Source: Octopus sinensis (Eukaryota). From it: DNA of 64,000 nt. Location of the stretch: positions 70,370,001-70,434,000 of the forward strand of contig NC_043007.1 in the NCBI RefSeq assembly GCF_006345805.1, read 5' to 3'. Positions 1 to 9,532 of this stretch are shown here, piece by piece. The position numbers were made by a program, and so were the translations under genes. Every line of letters begins with the position of its first letter. The stretch's first letter is position 1. Below the pieces are notes generated by a model, which ran no database searches, was not told where the DNA came from, and saw only the letters and a program-made list of their open reading frames with translations.

Positions 1-365
1 CTCCTCCTCCTTCTTCTTCTTCTGCTTCTTCTTTTTCTTCTTCTTCTTATTTTCTCCTCCTCCTTCTCCTTCTTCTGCTTCTTCTTTTTCTCCTTCTTCT
101 GCTTCTTCTTTTTCTTCTTCTTTTTCTCCTTCTCCTCCTTCTTCTTCTTCTTTTTCTCCTCCTATTCTCCTTCTGCTTCTTCCTTTTCTCCTTCTTCTGC
201 TTCTTCTTTTTCTTCTTCTTCTTCTTCTTCTTCTTCTTCTTCTTTTTCTTCTTCTTCTTCTCCTCCTTCTTCTGCTTCTTCTTTTTCTTCTTCTTTTTCT
301 CCTCCTCCTCCTCCTGCTTCTTTTTCTCCTTCTCCTCCTCTTCTTCTTCTTCTTCTTCTTCTTCT
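1..365. repeat. Polypyrimidine/polypurine low-complexity tract (CTT/CTC/CTTTT triplet mosaic)
   Basis: Almost only C and T on the + strand; the poly-E/K/R ORFs at 47..394 and 162..392 come from it. Confidence 0.95.
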
Positions 366-491
366 TCTATACACGTGCGCGCGCTCGCACACACACTTCT
401 GTCAGTCGGGGAATTAATTTTTTCTCACACACGTAACAATATTTGAATTAGGATCAACTTGATACAAAGTTTAATAAGTAGCGTGTTTGAA

Positions 492-940
492 GGCGCCTGG
501 CTTAGTAGTTAAGACGTTGCACTCACGATCCCATGACTGTGGTTTCGATTCCCCCATCGGAGGTACGTTATGTTCTTTGGCAAAACACTATTTCACTTTG
601 CTTCACTCCAATCATCCATAAATGTGTAACCCTACTACGGAGTGCGGGAGTACTATTTGCCTGCCTCACCACTAGGCCTGCGGGGTGACATCATGCATGC
701 ATGCATGCATGTATGTATGTATGTATGTATGTATGTATGTATGTATGTATGTATGTATGTATGTATGTATGTATGTATGTATGTATGTGTGCGTGCGTGC
801 GTGCGTGTGTGTGTTTATGTATGTCTGTATGTATTTGTGTCTGTGTTTCTTCCTCACCACCACCATCACCACCGCTTGATAACCGGTGCTGATGGATTTA
901 CGTCCCAGTAATCTAGCAGTTCGGCAAAAGCGACCGATAG
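492..940 (+). mobile_element. Degenerate tRNA-headed SINE with internal (TATG)n microsatellite and an octopus-type SINE 3' segment
   Basis: A-box/B-box-like head GGCTTAGTAGTTAAG...GGTTTCGATTCC. The 3' segment CGCTTGATAACCGGTGCTG...GTTCGGCAAAAGCGACCGATAG matches the SINE copies at 13683, 44660 and 54306. Confidence 0.6.
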
Positions 941-964
941 ATGCTCAGTTGAGCATCTCACAAC

Positions 965-1640
965 TAAGGGCACCAAAGGAAGAAAGTAATGAACACACGA
1001 TTCCATTTATTAATGTGCGCAATCCTGGGTAGCCAACATCTTTCACACCATAAAACAAAACCTAACAATACTTCTACAAAGCCCCTTACGAAACAGTAGA
1101 CGCCAACCAAAATATCTCAGAAAATACCTCACAAGAGCAAAATTCACATCAGAGAATGAATCAGATTTCTCTGTAAAAGAATATGGAGATAGCCGATGTG
1201 GAACATGCAACAACAACAATTTTAAATACTTAGAAAGTGGTTCCCACATAAAATTCAAGAGCGGATTCTTGTTCAAGTAAATGCAAGATGCAGAATCTGA
1301 TATACTGCATTACTTGCCCCAACTGCAAGGAAAATTACATTGGCGAAACAAACAATTCCCTCTACCAGCGTGCAAGAATCCATAAACAACACATCCAACA
1401 AGAGTAACTGCACAAAATTCCACTGAGCAAACATCTAGAAATATGCAGTGAAGGAAAGTTTAAAATCTTTCCCTTTTTCAAATGTTCAAGAGATGGCCCA
1501 ACAATTCAGAAAAGCAATAGAGCTACACCTCATCAAAAAGTTCTTTCCTCTGTTTCTCTTTCAAGCATTTAATTTTGGAGAGAATTTTTTGACGAGGTGT
1601 AGCTCTATTGCTTTTCTGAATTTTTGGGTCATCTCCAAAA
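965..1640 (+). mobile_element. Penelope-like element remnant, GIY-YIG endonuclease region (pseudogenised)
   Basis: From 1297 it reads LIYCITCPNCKENYIGETNNSLYQRARIHKQHI, the PLE GIY-YIG motif, with stops downstream. Confidence 0.8.
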
Positions 1641-1669
1641 TTAAATGCTAGAAAAGGAAGCTAGGGAAC

Positions 1670-1870
1670 TACCGTAAATCCTCGTGTATAATCCGCATTC
1701 TTTTCCCAAAATTTAAAGGTAAAAATCCCTAGTGCGTACTATATACGAGGTTAAAAATGAAAATTATTTTCTAAGCAATGTCTGAGTCTCTATTTTCTGT
1801 CTGGCAATGTTTATTCAGCTTCCCCAGCTATGTTTATTCGGTTTCCCCAACTTTGACCCTCCATAAAACC
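1670..1870 (+). mobile_element. Possible pogo/Tigger-like DNA transposon terminal fragment
   Basis: Starts TA|CCGTAAATCCTCGTGTATAATCCGCA, resembling pogo-type TIR starts. No matching second TIR was found. Confidence 0.3.
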
Positions 1871-2284
1871 CAAAAATTATTTTGGAAGTTATGGGAGCAA
1901 CTGTCATCGAAGACTCACATAGTCGTTCAATGCTCGAAATGAGGAGTACATAGACAGCTGACAACTGATGAAGGGTCGTTTTTTGTGCTACTTGTCATGT
2001 TTTCATTTTTTTCTCGCGTTGTTTGCGTATTTAACTCGCTTGTTTTCGTATTTCATGTTGTTTACAGTTGGTGACGTCCTGTGCTCATATATGCATGTAT
2101 ATATGTGTGTGCGCGCGTGCGAGTATATACATATATATTATTTAATATTATTTATACGTGTGTGTGTATGTATGTATGTATGTATGTATGTATGTATGCA
2201 CGTACGTACGCGCACACACACACACACACATATATACACACACTCACACACACATACACACACACATACACGCACAATCGTCTA

Positions 2285-2497
2285 TTTGCCAGTAATACAG
2301 ACCAATACTTAGCGGTATTTCGTCTGCCGCTACGTTCTGAGTTCAAATTCCGCTGAGATCGACTTTGCCTTTCATCCTTTCGGGGTCGATTAAATAAGTA
2401 CCAGTTACGCATTGGGTTCGATATAATCGACTTAATCCCTTTGTCTGTCCTTGTTTGTCTTCTCTGTGTGTAGCCCTTTGTGGGCAGTAAAGAAAGA
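2285..2497 (+). mobile_element. SINE family B (5'-truncated)
   Basis: GGTATTTCGTCTGCCGCTACGTTCTGAGTTCAAATTCC...GGGGTCGAT...AGCCC...GTGGGCAGTAAAGAAA, the same family as the copies at 45728, 48241, 52165 and 37105. Confidence 0.85.
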
Positions 2498-3427
2498 AAT
2501 TCAGACCAATTTCCGCCGAATTTACGTATTCGGTTTTGTACACGAATTTGAAGACCAGTCTCGACGCTCATCAGAAGCGTTGATAGGTAAAAGAACTGCA
2601 GGATCTTTTTATTACTGGAAATCAAAAAGTTTCACGTATGGTTTGCAAGTCTTATCTCTATCTCTTATTATAAAAGGCAGATTTTATCTGCCTCCCTTTG
2701 TCAGTTATAGAAATCTACAATATAGGATTTCTTCAATTACAATTTACCTAGCATTTTTAAGAGTAGAATGCATCGGGTTTTGCCAGGTCCAGTTTTTAAA
2801 ATTTAAACTCCAATTAAGCAAAATTTACAGAAAACTCACATTCTGGTGTGTGTGTCAAATGCTTTTCTTAGTCTGGTTTACAGCACACGCAAACGCACAC
2901 ACACAGTGTGCAACGAATAAAGTGAAACTAGATGTAATATTTGTTTCTGTCTATCACGCTGATAGATACATGAGTAAAATGTATGGCAAGCTAACAGATA
3001 AGAGTGAGTGAAAATGTTCTTGAAGAGAGTAAATAGCGACAGAGTGATTTGAGGAAGACTAAACTGAAAGTATGAAACAGTGTTATGTATAAACAGACGA
3101 CACTTATATAAACCCTTTCGTTACCAAACCGCCCGAATTTACCTATTCATATTTAAATGAGAATATCAGAGTAAATCTCTTTAGTACATTCGTGAAAACA
3201 CGTATTATACTTCGTAAACACTTCAAATACAGTTTTGTACAAAAATCGAAGTGTAATTTTAATTATGGGAGATTTTTTTCCGAAATTTGTTCCTATTGTG
3301 TTTTCAAAATTTGTAATTCTGACAAAAAATGGATACGAATTTCATTATATCAAGCAGCGAGTCAGAATTCGAAGGATTTTCTACTGAAGACCTTCATAAA
3401 TCTAATTCTATGACTGAAAAAAAAGCA

Positions 3428-3822
3428 TCTTTATATAAGAGTGAAGTTGTGTGTCTGTCTCCTACGATTTAGATTCGTAACTACTCCCACATTTTGCGGT
3501 GCAGTTTAACCAAAAGCGGGTATCTTATAGTCGTGATTCATATCGAGCCCTTCTGGGTATTAGCGCGCGTCTACGATGAGTCTACGATTTAAAAAAAATT
3601 TACCATCATATTTTTCCATTTTAATGCATTTTTTTCGCTTTTATATAAGGGAAGTAACTCTCTAAAAATATCTACGATGTGTCAACGATTTAAAAAAAAA
3701 TTTACCTTAATTTTTTTCAATTTTTAATGCATTTTTTTGCTATTTTTTGGCTATAACTCTCTAAAAATGCTTATATAGTTATTTCCCTTACAAACCCGAG
3801 CAACGCCGGGCGATACTGCTAG
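3428..3822 (+). mobile_element. Non-autonomous Helitron
   Basis: 5' A|TC start, subterminal hairpin CCCGAGCAACGCCGGG (3795-3810), 3' CTAG|T end at 3819-3823, no TSD. Confidence 0.7.
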
Positions 3823-4648
3823 TATATATATAAAGCTGAAGTCGTCTGTGTATGGCAGGTTTGGTAGCCTTCAACTAACACTATCTCCTCCGAGACCAAA
3901 CTTGAGAGTATGATAGAAAAAGGCTTACTCTTCTTTCCGCAGAAGAAAAAAATTAAAATCGGACCATGTTAAGACCAAAAATTATTTACATCATATAGGT
4001 GCTTTTTTTTTTAATGAAAATCCCTATTTTTTGACTGCTGTGTCGCCATTTTTCGGTGTATTTCAACCAGAAAAATGTTCACTTAAAAAGAATAACAAGC
4101 TACATAATGCAAAATTTTTAGTTTTCAAAAATTCCAATTCTAAAGGGTCGAAACAAACGAAAGCGGACAAGAACCTATGGGGTAGCTTTAATTCGTTAGT
4201 CTTATGTCCCTTGTATAAAGATCAGGAAGTGTCACTACGGGGTATAAGGTAAATGCTTGTAGTGCAGGTGTTGGGCTGGAGTGAAGGCGGGATGAGCTTG
4301 GTGTGCACGGTGGTGGGGTGTGGTCGGTAAGTGGGCATGGAGGGAGTGTCAACTTTAAAATCACATGCAGACACAGATGTGTTTGTATGTGTGCTTTTGT
4401 ATATAATAATAGCTGGGTGTGGCAAACTTTATGCCAAAGCCTCAATTGCGGTCGGGAAATTCCAACGGTGGAAGCTCTAGCGTTCATGTTTATAGAGCAG
4501 CCCACTAGTATCCAACGACATATTTGCGTTCATGAGGAAAGGATAGGAAAATCTCACTCTGCACGCAATTTACCCCTTGGACTGCGGTGGCACTTTCTGA
4601 TCCCTATTCAAGAGACTTAACTCTAACAGACAAAAGTTGGCGATCTTA

Positions 4649-4912
4649 CGGTATAAGTACCGGTGTACTTCCGGAAGTACTGGATACATTTCAAAAAAGT
4701 GCTGTTTTTTTTTATATATGGGGGGTTAGGGTTTCTGTTAGGGTTAGGGTATGTGACGATGCTTCGGTATAGGTACACACGTGACTTTGTTTATATTTCT
4801 GAAGATAACAGAAACCCTTTTCTCCCACCCTTAACCCTAACACAAACCCTAACCCTAACCCCCCATATATAAAAAAAAACACTTTCTTGAAATGTATCCG
4901 GTACTTATACCG
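4649..4912. mobile_element. MITE-like palindromic element with long TIRs containing TTAGGG/CCCTAA hexamers
   Basis: The left arm CGGTATAAGTACCGG...ATACATTTCAAAAAAGTG...TATATGGGGGGTTAGGG is the reverse complement of the right arm ending CCGGTACTTATACCG. Confidence 0.75.
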
Positions 4913-5447
4913 AAGTTACGCCGAAGGGTTTTCTCGAAGAAATTGATCCCAGTACTTATTGAGTCTACTACTTAGTATATCGGTGTCTATTTACAGAACC
5001 GCTAATGTAGTGTGTGTGTGTATGTGTGTGTGTGGGTGTGTGGGTGTGTGGTGTGTGTGTGTGTGTGTGTGTTGTTAGGGATTTCTGAAACCGATTTTCT
5101 TAAATGCTTATGTTTCTAGTGTGTTATATGACTCTATCAGGTATGAACGTTGTTATGAGTCACTGCTCAGCTGCTAGTCCTGGTTTTCCCCACACCGCGA
5201 ACAAAATCCGGGTTTTTCATTAGCCTACTGGGTTTCTGGTTTATACTTTTGAAATAGTTTATGACCTGAAATTTTTGGATCCATCAAATAAATAAATTTT
5301 TGAAAGCATACACAAACGCAAACACACGCAGCAAACATTCACACTCACACACACACACACACACATGCACTCATACATATACTCATACATACATACATAC
5401 ATACATACACACACACAGGCATACATACATACATATATAAACATATA

Positions 5448-5482
<35 letters not shown>

Positions 5483-6528
5483 CTTATGTAGGCACGCGGC
5501 TAAATTTAAAATGTCGAATATAAATATTACCATATGGATAGAGTATATATTTTATTTTGATTTTGACTCTTAAGCGCTACGACGGATCTATAGCAAAGTC
5601 TTATTGTTTCTACATATATATAGGAAAAACTACAAACTTGTTTTCATGTTATTGTATTGCATAGGATTACCTTGATTATTTATATTACCTTGATTATTTA
5701 TAAATGACCCAAAATAGGATGTATATTTTATTTTATATGTCTTTCGTATATATTTTTATTAATGCACCATTTTTAAAAGCAATGTTTTTTTAAAAAAAGC
5801 AATGTTGTCAAATTTAGAATGTTTATATAAGTTTGTGTATAGCAAAGCATATGTATTTGTAAGCATGCGTATCTGTGTATGTGTAAGTGAAAGTATGCTT
5901 GTGCTTAAGCACGCATACACACGACGGTATGTATATGTATCAATTCAAACTTGTGTGTATACTGGCCTCTATAGATGCCAATAACATCGCTACAAGTTCC
6001 CCCCCCACCCCTCTTTCGTTCCTTTTTCTCTCTTTCCCTTTCTTTCGTTCCCCTCCTTGCTCAGTATATGAGAATTGCTACATAGATGAATTTTAGTGCG
6101 TGCGAGACGGTTTGCGTGAATATATGTACACATGCTTTATGTGTATAATTTAGATTCATATTCATACGTCTGTATATGTATGTATGGCGTTTACGCGCAT
6201 CCTTTTGGTATGTTGATATATATATGTGGATTTTAATATAAATATGTATTGCAGTATTTATAACAGGTTTAATTTCTATGCATTAATTTGTACTGTCTTC
6301 ATTAACGGCAATAGGTTTTTTCCTCGGGTTTTTCCTCGGATTTTATAATTTTTATAATTTTTATAAGTTTTTATATATATTATACATATATTTTTGACCT
6401 TTTTGTTATCGCTCGAAGATTGACCGTTTTTTTCTAAAGGGCCAATCAAACAAGTCCATTCTTTTTAAAGGTGTAGCGTTTGTAAGAGTATAGATTGAAT
6501 TAATATATATGTTCCATTCTAGCAAAAA

Positions 6529-6566
6529 CTGTCTGATGAACGGCAACGAGAAACTCAGAGTAACAG
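6529..6566 (+). ncRNA. Minimal type I hammerhead ribozyme motif (degenerate stem II closing pair) at a repeat 3' end
   Basis: CTGT-CTGATGA-ACGGCAACGA-GAAA-CTCAGAGTA-ACAG. Stem I is CTGT/ACAG, stem III is ACT/AGT, the cleavage triplet is GUA (after 6562), and AATAAA plus (TA)n follow. Confidence 0.6.
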
Positions 6567-6623
6567 ATTTTGTTGAATTTTCTGCTGCTTAAAATAAAGT
6601 ATATATATATATATATATATATA

Positions 6624-7785
6624 CAGAGTGTGTAAGGTATATGTGGATTTGTGGACATACCTTTTGGGGGTCATTGTTGCATTGTTTGCAAACTCTGTAT
6701 AATCTTTGCGTCAGAAAATAACAATAGCAGACCCTCAGCTTACTCAAGAAATGAAGAGGCATGTTATTATTGTGGTTATAAAGGCTGAGCATAGCAATTT
6801 AGAAATATTTCGATTTCTAAACGCTCTGAACACCTGAATTTGTCCAGCAAGTTCAACAAAGCATTGATTACAATTCCAAAAAGTCCATGAGGTCAGTTAT
6901 AAATGATCTCCATGTATTAGAAGGATAGTCAGAAATGCTGTCCACGAAGACATCAGATATAAGTCTTATATAATGAGGAAAGGTACATTTGTCTGAAAAA
7001 GCAAAAGAAAATCACTACATCAGATCTAAAAGACTCTTAAACAAACTGCAAAATCCAGCAGATTTGATTTGGTTTTTCTCAAACGAGAAAAACTTCGACC
7101 AAGATCAAAAAAGGTAGCAGAAGAAATGACAGATGGTTATGTACAGACCAATCTGAAGTTCCAAGTATTATGCATACAAAATTTCCTGTAACTGTCATGG
7201 TTTTAGGGGTTGTCAGCAATGAAGGACATGTGATGCTTCCTTACTTCTTTCTACAAGGCCTTAGAGTTAACTCTACCGCTTACATTGACGTCCCGGAAAT
7301 AAGTGTTAAGACCTGGATAGACAGTGTATGCAATGGAAGGTCATATGTGTTTCTGTGAGACTCTGAACTATCACACATGGCTCTAGTAACACAAGAATGG
7401 ATGGATGAAAATTTTCATGATCACATAACCCCTAACTTTTGGCCTACTAATTCCCCAGATCTCAATCCATTGGACTATTACATGCGAAGTGTTATTGAGA
7501 GAGAGATCAATGAACACGCCCATAACACCAAAGACTCTTCGAAAGTTGTTATAGTCAGAGTAATGTCTAAAATGAACCAGGACCACTTGATTCGAGCATG
7601 TTTATGATTTAGATCTCATATAGAAGCAGCTGTTTGTTGAAGCTGAAGGTGACTTTATTGAATAACATTATAGAAAGGGAGGTTTATTTTTATCCACATA
7701 GCATTTTTTGATAAAGTTATCTGTTATTATATATCTAGGTTTTTTTATAAACATAAATCTGTCCTCGAATATCTTACGCACCCTG
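6624..7785 (+). mobile_element. Tc1/mariner DD37D (maT-type) transposon, both TIRs, decayed transposase
   Basis: TA-flanked TIRs CAGAGTGTGTAAGGTAT / ATATCTTACGCACCCTG. Transposase reads FS(N)EK...MHTKFPVTVMVLGVVS...L*DS...SPDLNPLDYY, with 37 residues between the 2nd and 3rd D. Confidence 0.9.
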
Positions 7786-7796
7786 TATGTATGTGG

Positions 7797-7897
<101 letters not shown>

Positions 7898-7924
7898 TAC
7901 ATTAAAAGTCAGTTTCAATCTTGC

Positions 7925-8270
7925 TTGCTTGCAATGTTACCCAGCCAAACTGGCGCATAATGGGAGAATTCTATGAATTAAGTTTACCCTGAAATGTTAA
8001 TAAGAATGGAATGAAACAAGTTTCGCGTAAATCAGATAAGTAGTTGTGAAGGTTTTCTTTGCTTGCAATGTTAATCAGCCAAACTGGTTCATAACGGGAA
8101 AATACTATGAATTAAGTTTACCCTGAGATGTAAATACGAGTGGAATGAAACGAATTTCGCGTAAATCGGATAAGTAGAAGTGAAGATATTAAGGGTTTTC
8201 AGGGTTTTAATACCCAAAACGGTGCATAATGGGAAAAGTCTACGAAATTAACTTAATCCTGAAAAGGAAG
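7925..8270. repeat. Diverged tandem repeat, unit about 134 bp, about 2.5 copies
   Basis: TTGCTTGCAATGTTA...CATAATGGGA...TGAATTAAGTTTACCCTGA recurs near 7925 and 8059, and partly near 8215. Confidence 0.75.
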
Positions 8271-8329
8271 TAACTCTTACCTTTCGATTAGACAGTGAAT
8301 TGACAACGAAAAACTACGATTTGTTTTTT

Positions 8330-9070
8330 TACTGTAAATAATCATTTAGAAATATTTTTAAGTGAATGTGATTTCAAAAATGTAAGTTGTTTGTACAATA
8401 AGTATTTGGCGAAAGTAAAGAACGCACACCCGGGGTTTAGGATTAGGGTTAGGGTTTAGGGTTAGGGTCAGTGTTGTAGTGACCCCTCGCGGTTACGACG
8501 TCAAGAAAAACGGAATAGGGATGTAACGAGAGTAATCTCACTCGAGCTTCTAGAATGTTCGAGATTCTTCTGGAAGCTGCCGGTTTTACGTGGAAGTCGG
8601 GGGACTTCTGATCCATCCCTATATAAAGGAAGGAAATTCTAAATTCGCGCCGAGCCGCCGCACTTCACGTTCACTCGTGCACTCGTTCACCTGTCTTACT
8701 TGGGGACATGTGACTGCAAACATAACATATTCATGGAATATTACAAGCTTCCTTCTATTAACCTTGTATATGAACGCATTAGCTCCAGTAATAAAAAGTG
8801 TCTGGTGAATTCTATCCTCTTGTTATAAACAGATACAGTCACTTCCTTCCTTCTCATACTGACTAAATTATAGTGTGTCATTAAGCCAAAGTTACCCCCA
8901 AAATTGGATAACTCCGACATCATTATAATGTTTAGGGTTAGGGTTAGAGTTTTTGTTACACCGAAAACGGGTGGTGTACGTATTCTTTACTCGGACAAGT
9001 ATGTATATATTTTAGCTTTCTTAAAACAAACAATATTTTTTGTTTTTTCAAAATAATTTTTAAGTGAATA
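8330..9070. mobile_element. Degenerate inverted-repeat element with central TTAGGG tract (host of the solo LTR)
   Basis: Left GTAAAGAACGCACACCC...TTAGGGTTAGGG resembles the reverse complement of right GGGTGGTGTACGTATTCTTTAC. TTAGGG runs at 8435-8467 and 8931-8947. Confidence 0.45.
8472..8919 (+). mobile_element. Probable solo LTR (448 bp)
   Basis: TG...CA ends with a 7/9 terminal inverted match (TGTTGTAGT / ACTCCGACA), TATATAAA at 8620-8627, AATAAA at 8790-8795, flanks TCAG/TCAT (imperfect 4-bp TSD). Confidence 0.55.
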
Positions 9071-9532
9071 CCTTTACATATTTTTTTTATTTTTTGGCAT
9101 AAATATGGCGTAAAAGACCCATTTGTAAGCTCAGTGTGAAATCATTTTTTTTCCATGGGATTTTTTCGGGTTCATTATCTCACCTCCAAAGATTTGGCTG
9201 CTATTTCTTGCGCGTCAGTCTACCACGTAACTGCTATTTATGATAAAGGATCCGAAATACCTGTTATGTGGTAGCAGGGCATGCAAGAAATAGCAGACAA
9301 ATATTTCCTTTTCTTGGGAAAGGAGCCGCTTACGCGTGATTTCTATGTCACATTCGTTGAAAGCATGCAAAATAACCAGGAAAAGCAAAAAAAAAAAACA
9401 CGAAAGAAAACTCCGTTGCTGGGAAACGCAGACTTACCCGATGACTCAACGGGTCAAGGGTACTCTAGTCTAGTCTAGCAATATATATATATATATATTA
9501 TATATTATATAATATATATATATATATATATA

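Noticed and set aside
47-394. Poly-Glu/Lys/Arg ORFs
   Set aside because: Translations of a CTT/CTC low-complexity tract, with no splice or domain support.
642-911. MYVC/YIHT/IYIY-type ORFs here and throughout (about 2.0, 13.4, 18.6, 19.3, 38.3, 51.7, 55.0 and 59.0 kb)
   Set aside because: Stop-free (TATG)n, (TA)n and (CA)n microsatellites.
1930-1985. CTCGAAA...CTGATGAAGGG motif (also about 40460-40495 and, reversed, about 57765-57815) as a permuted hammerhead
   Set aside because: The 25-30 nt between GAAA and CTGATGA cannot form stems III and I with a UH triplet, and no GAAA follows the core. Kept only as a recurring repeat terminus.
4454-4463. Perfect kB site GGGAAATTCC
   Set aside because: Isolated, about 26 kb from the IkB gene, in repeat-derived sequence with no co-occurring motifs.
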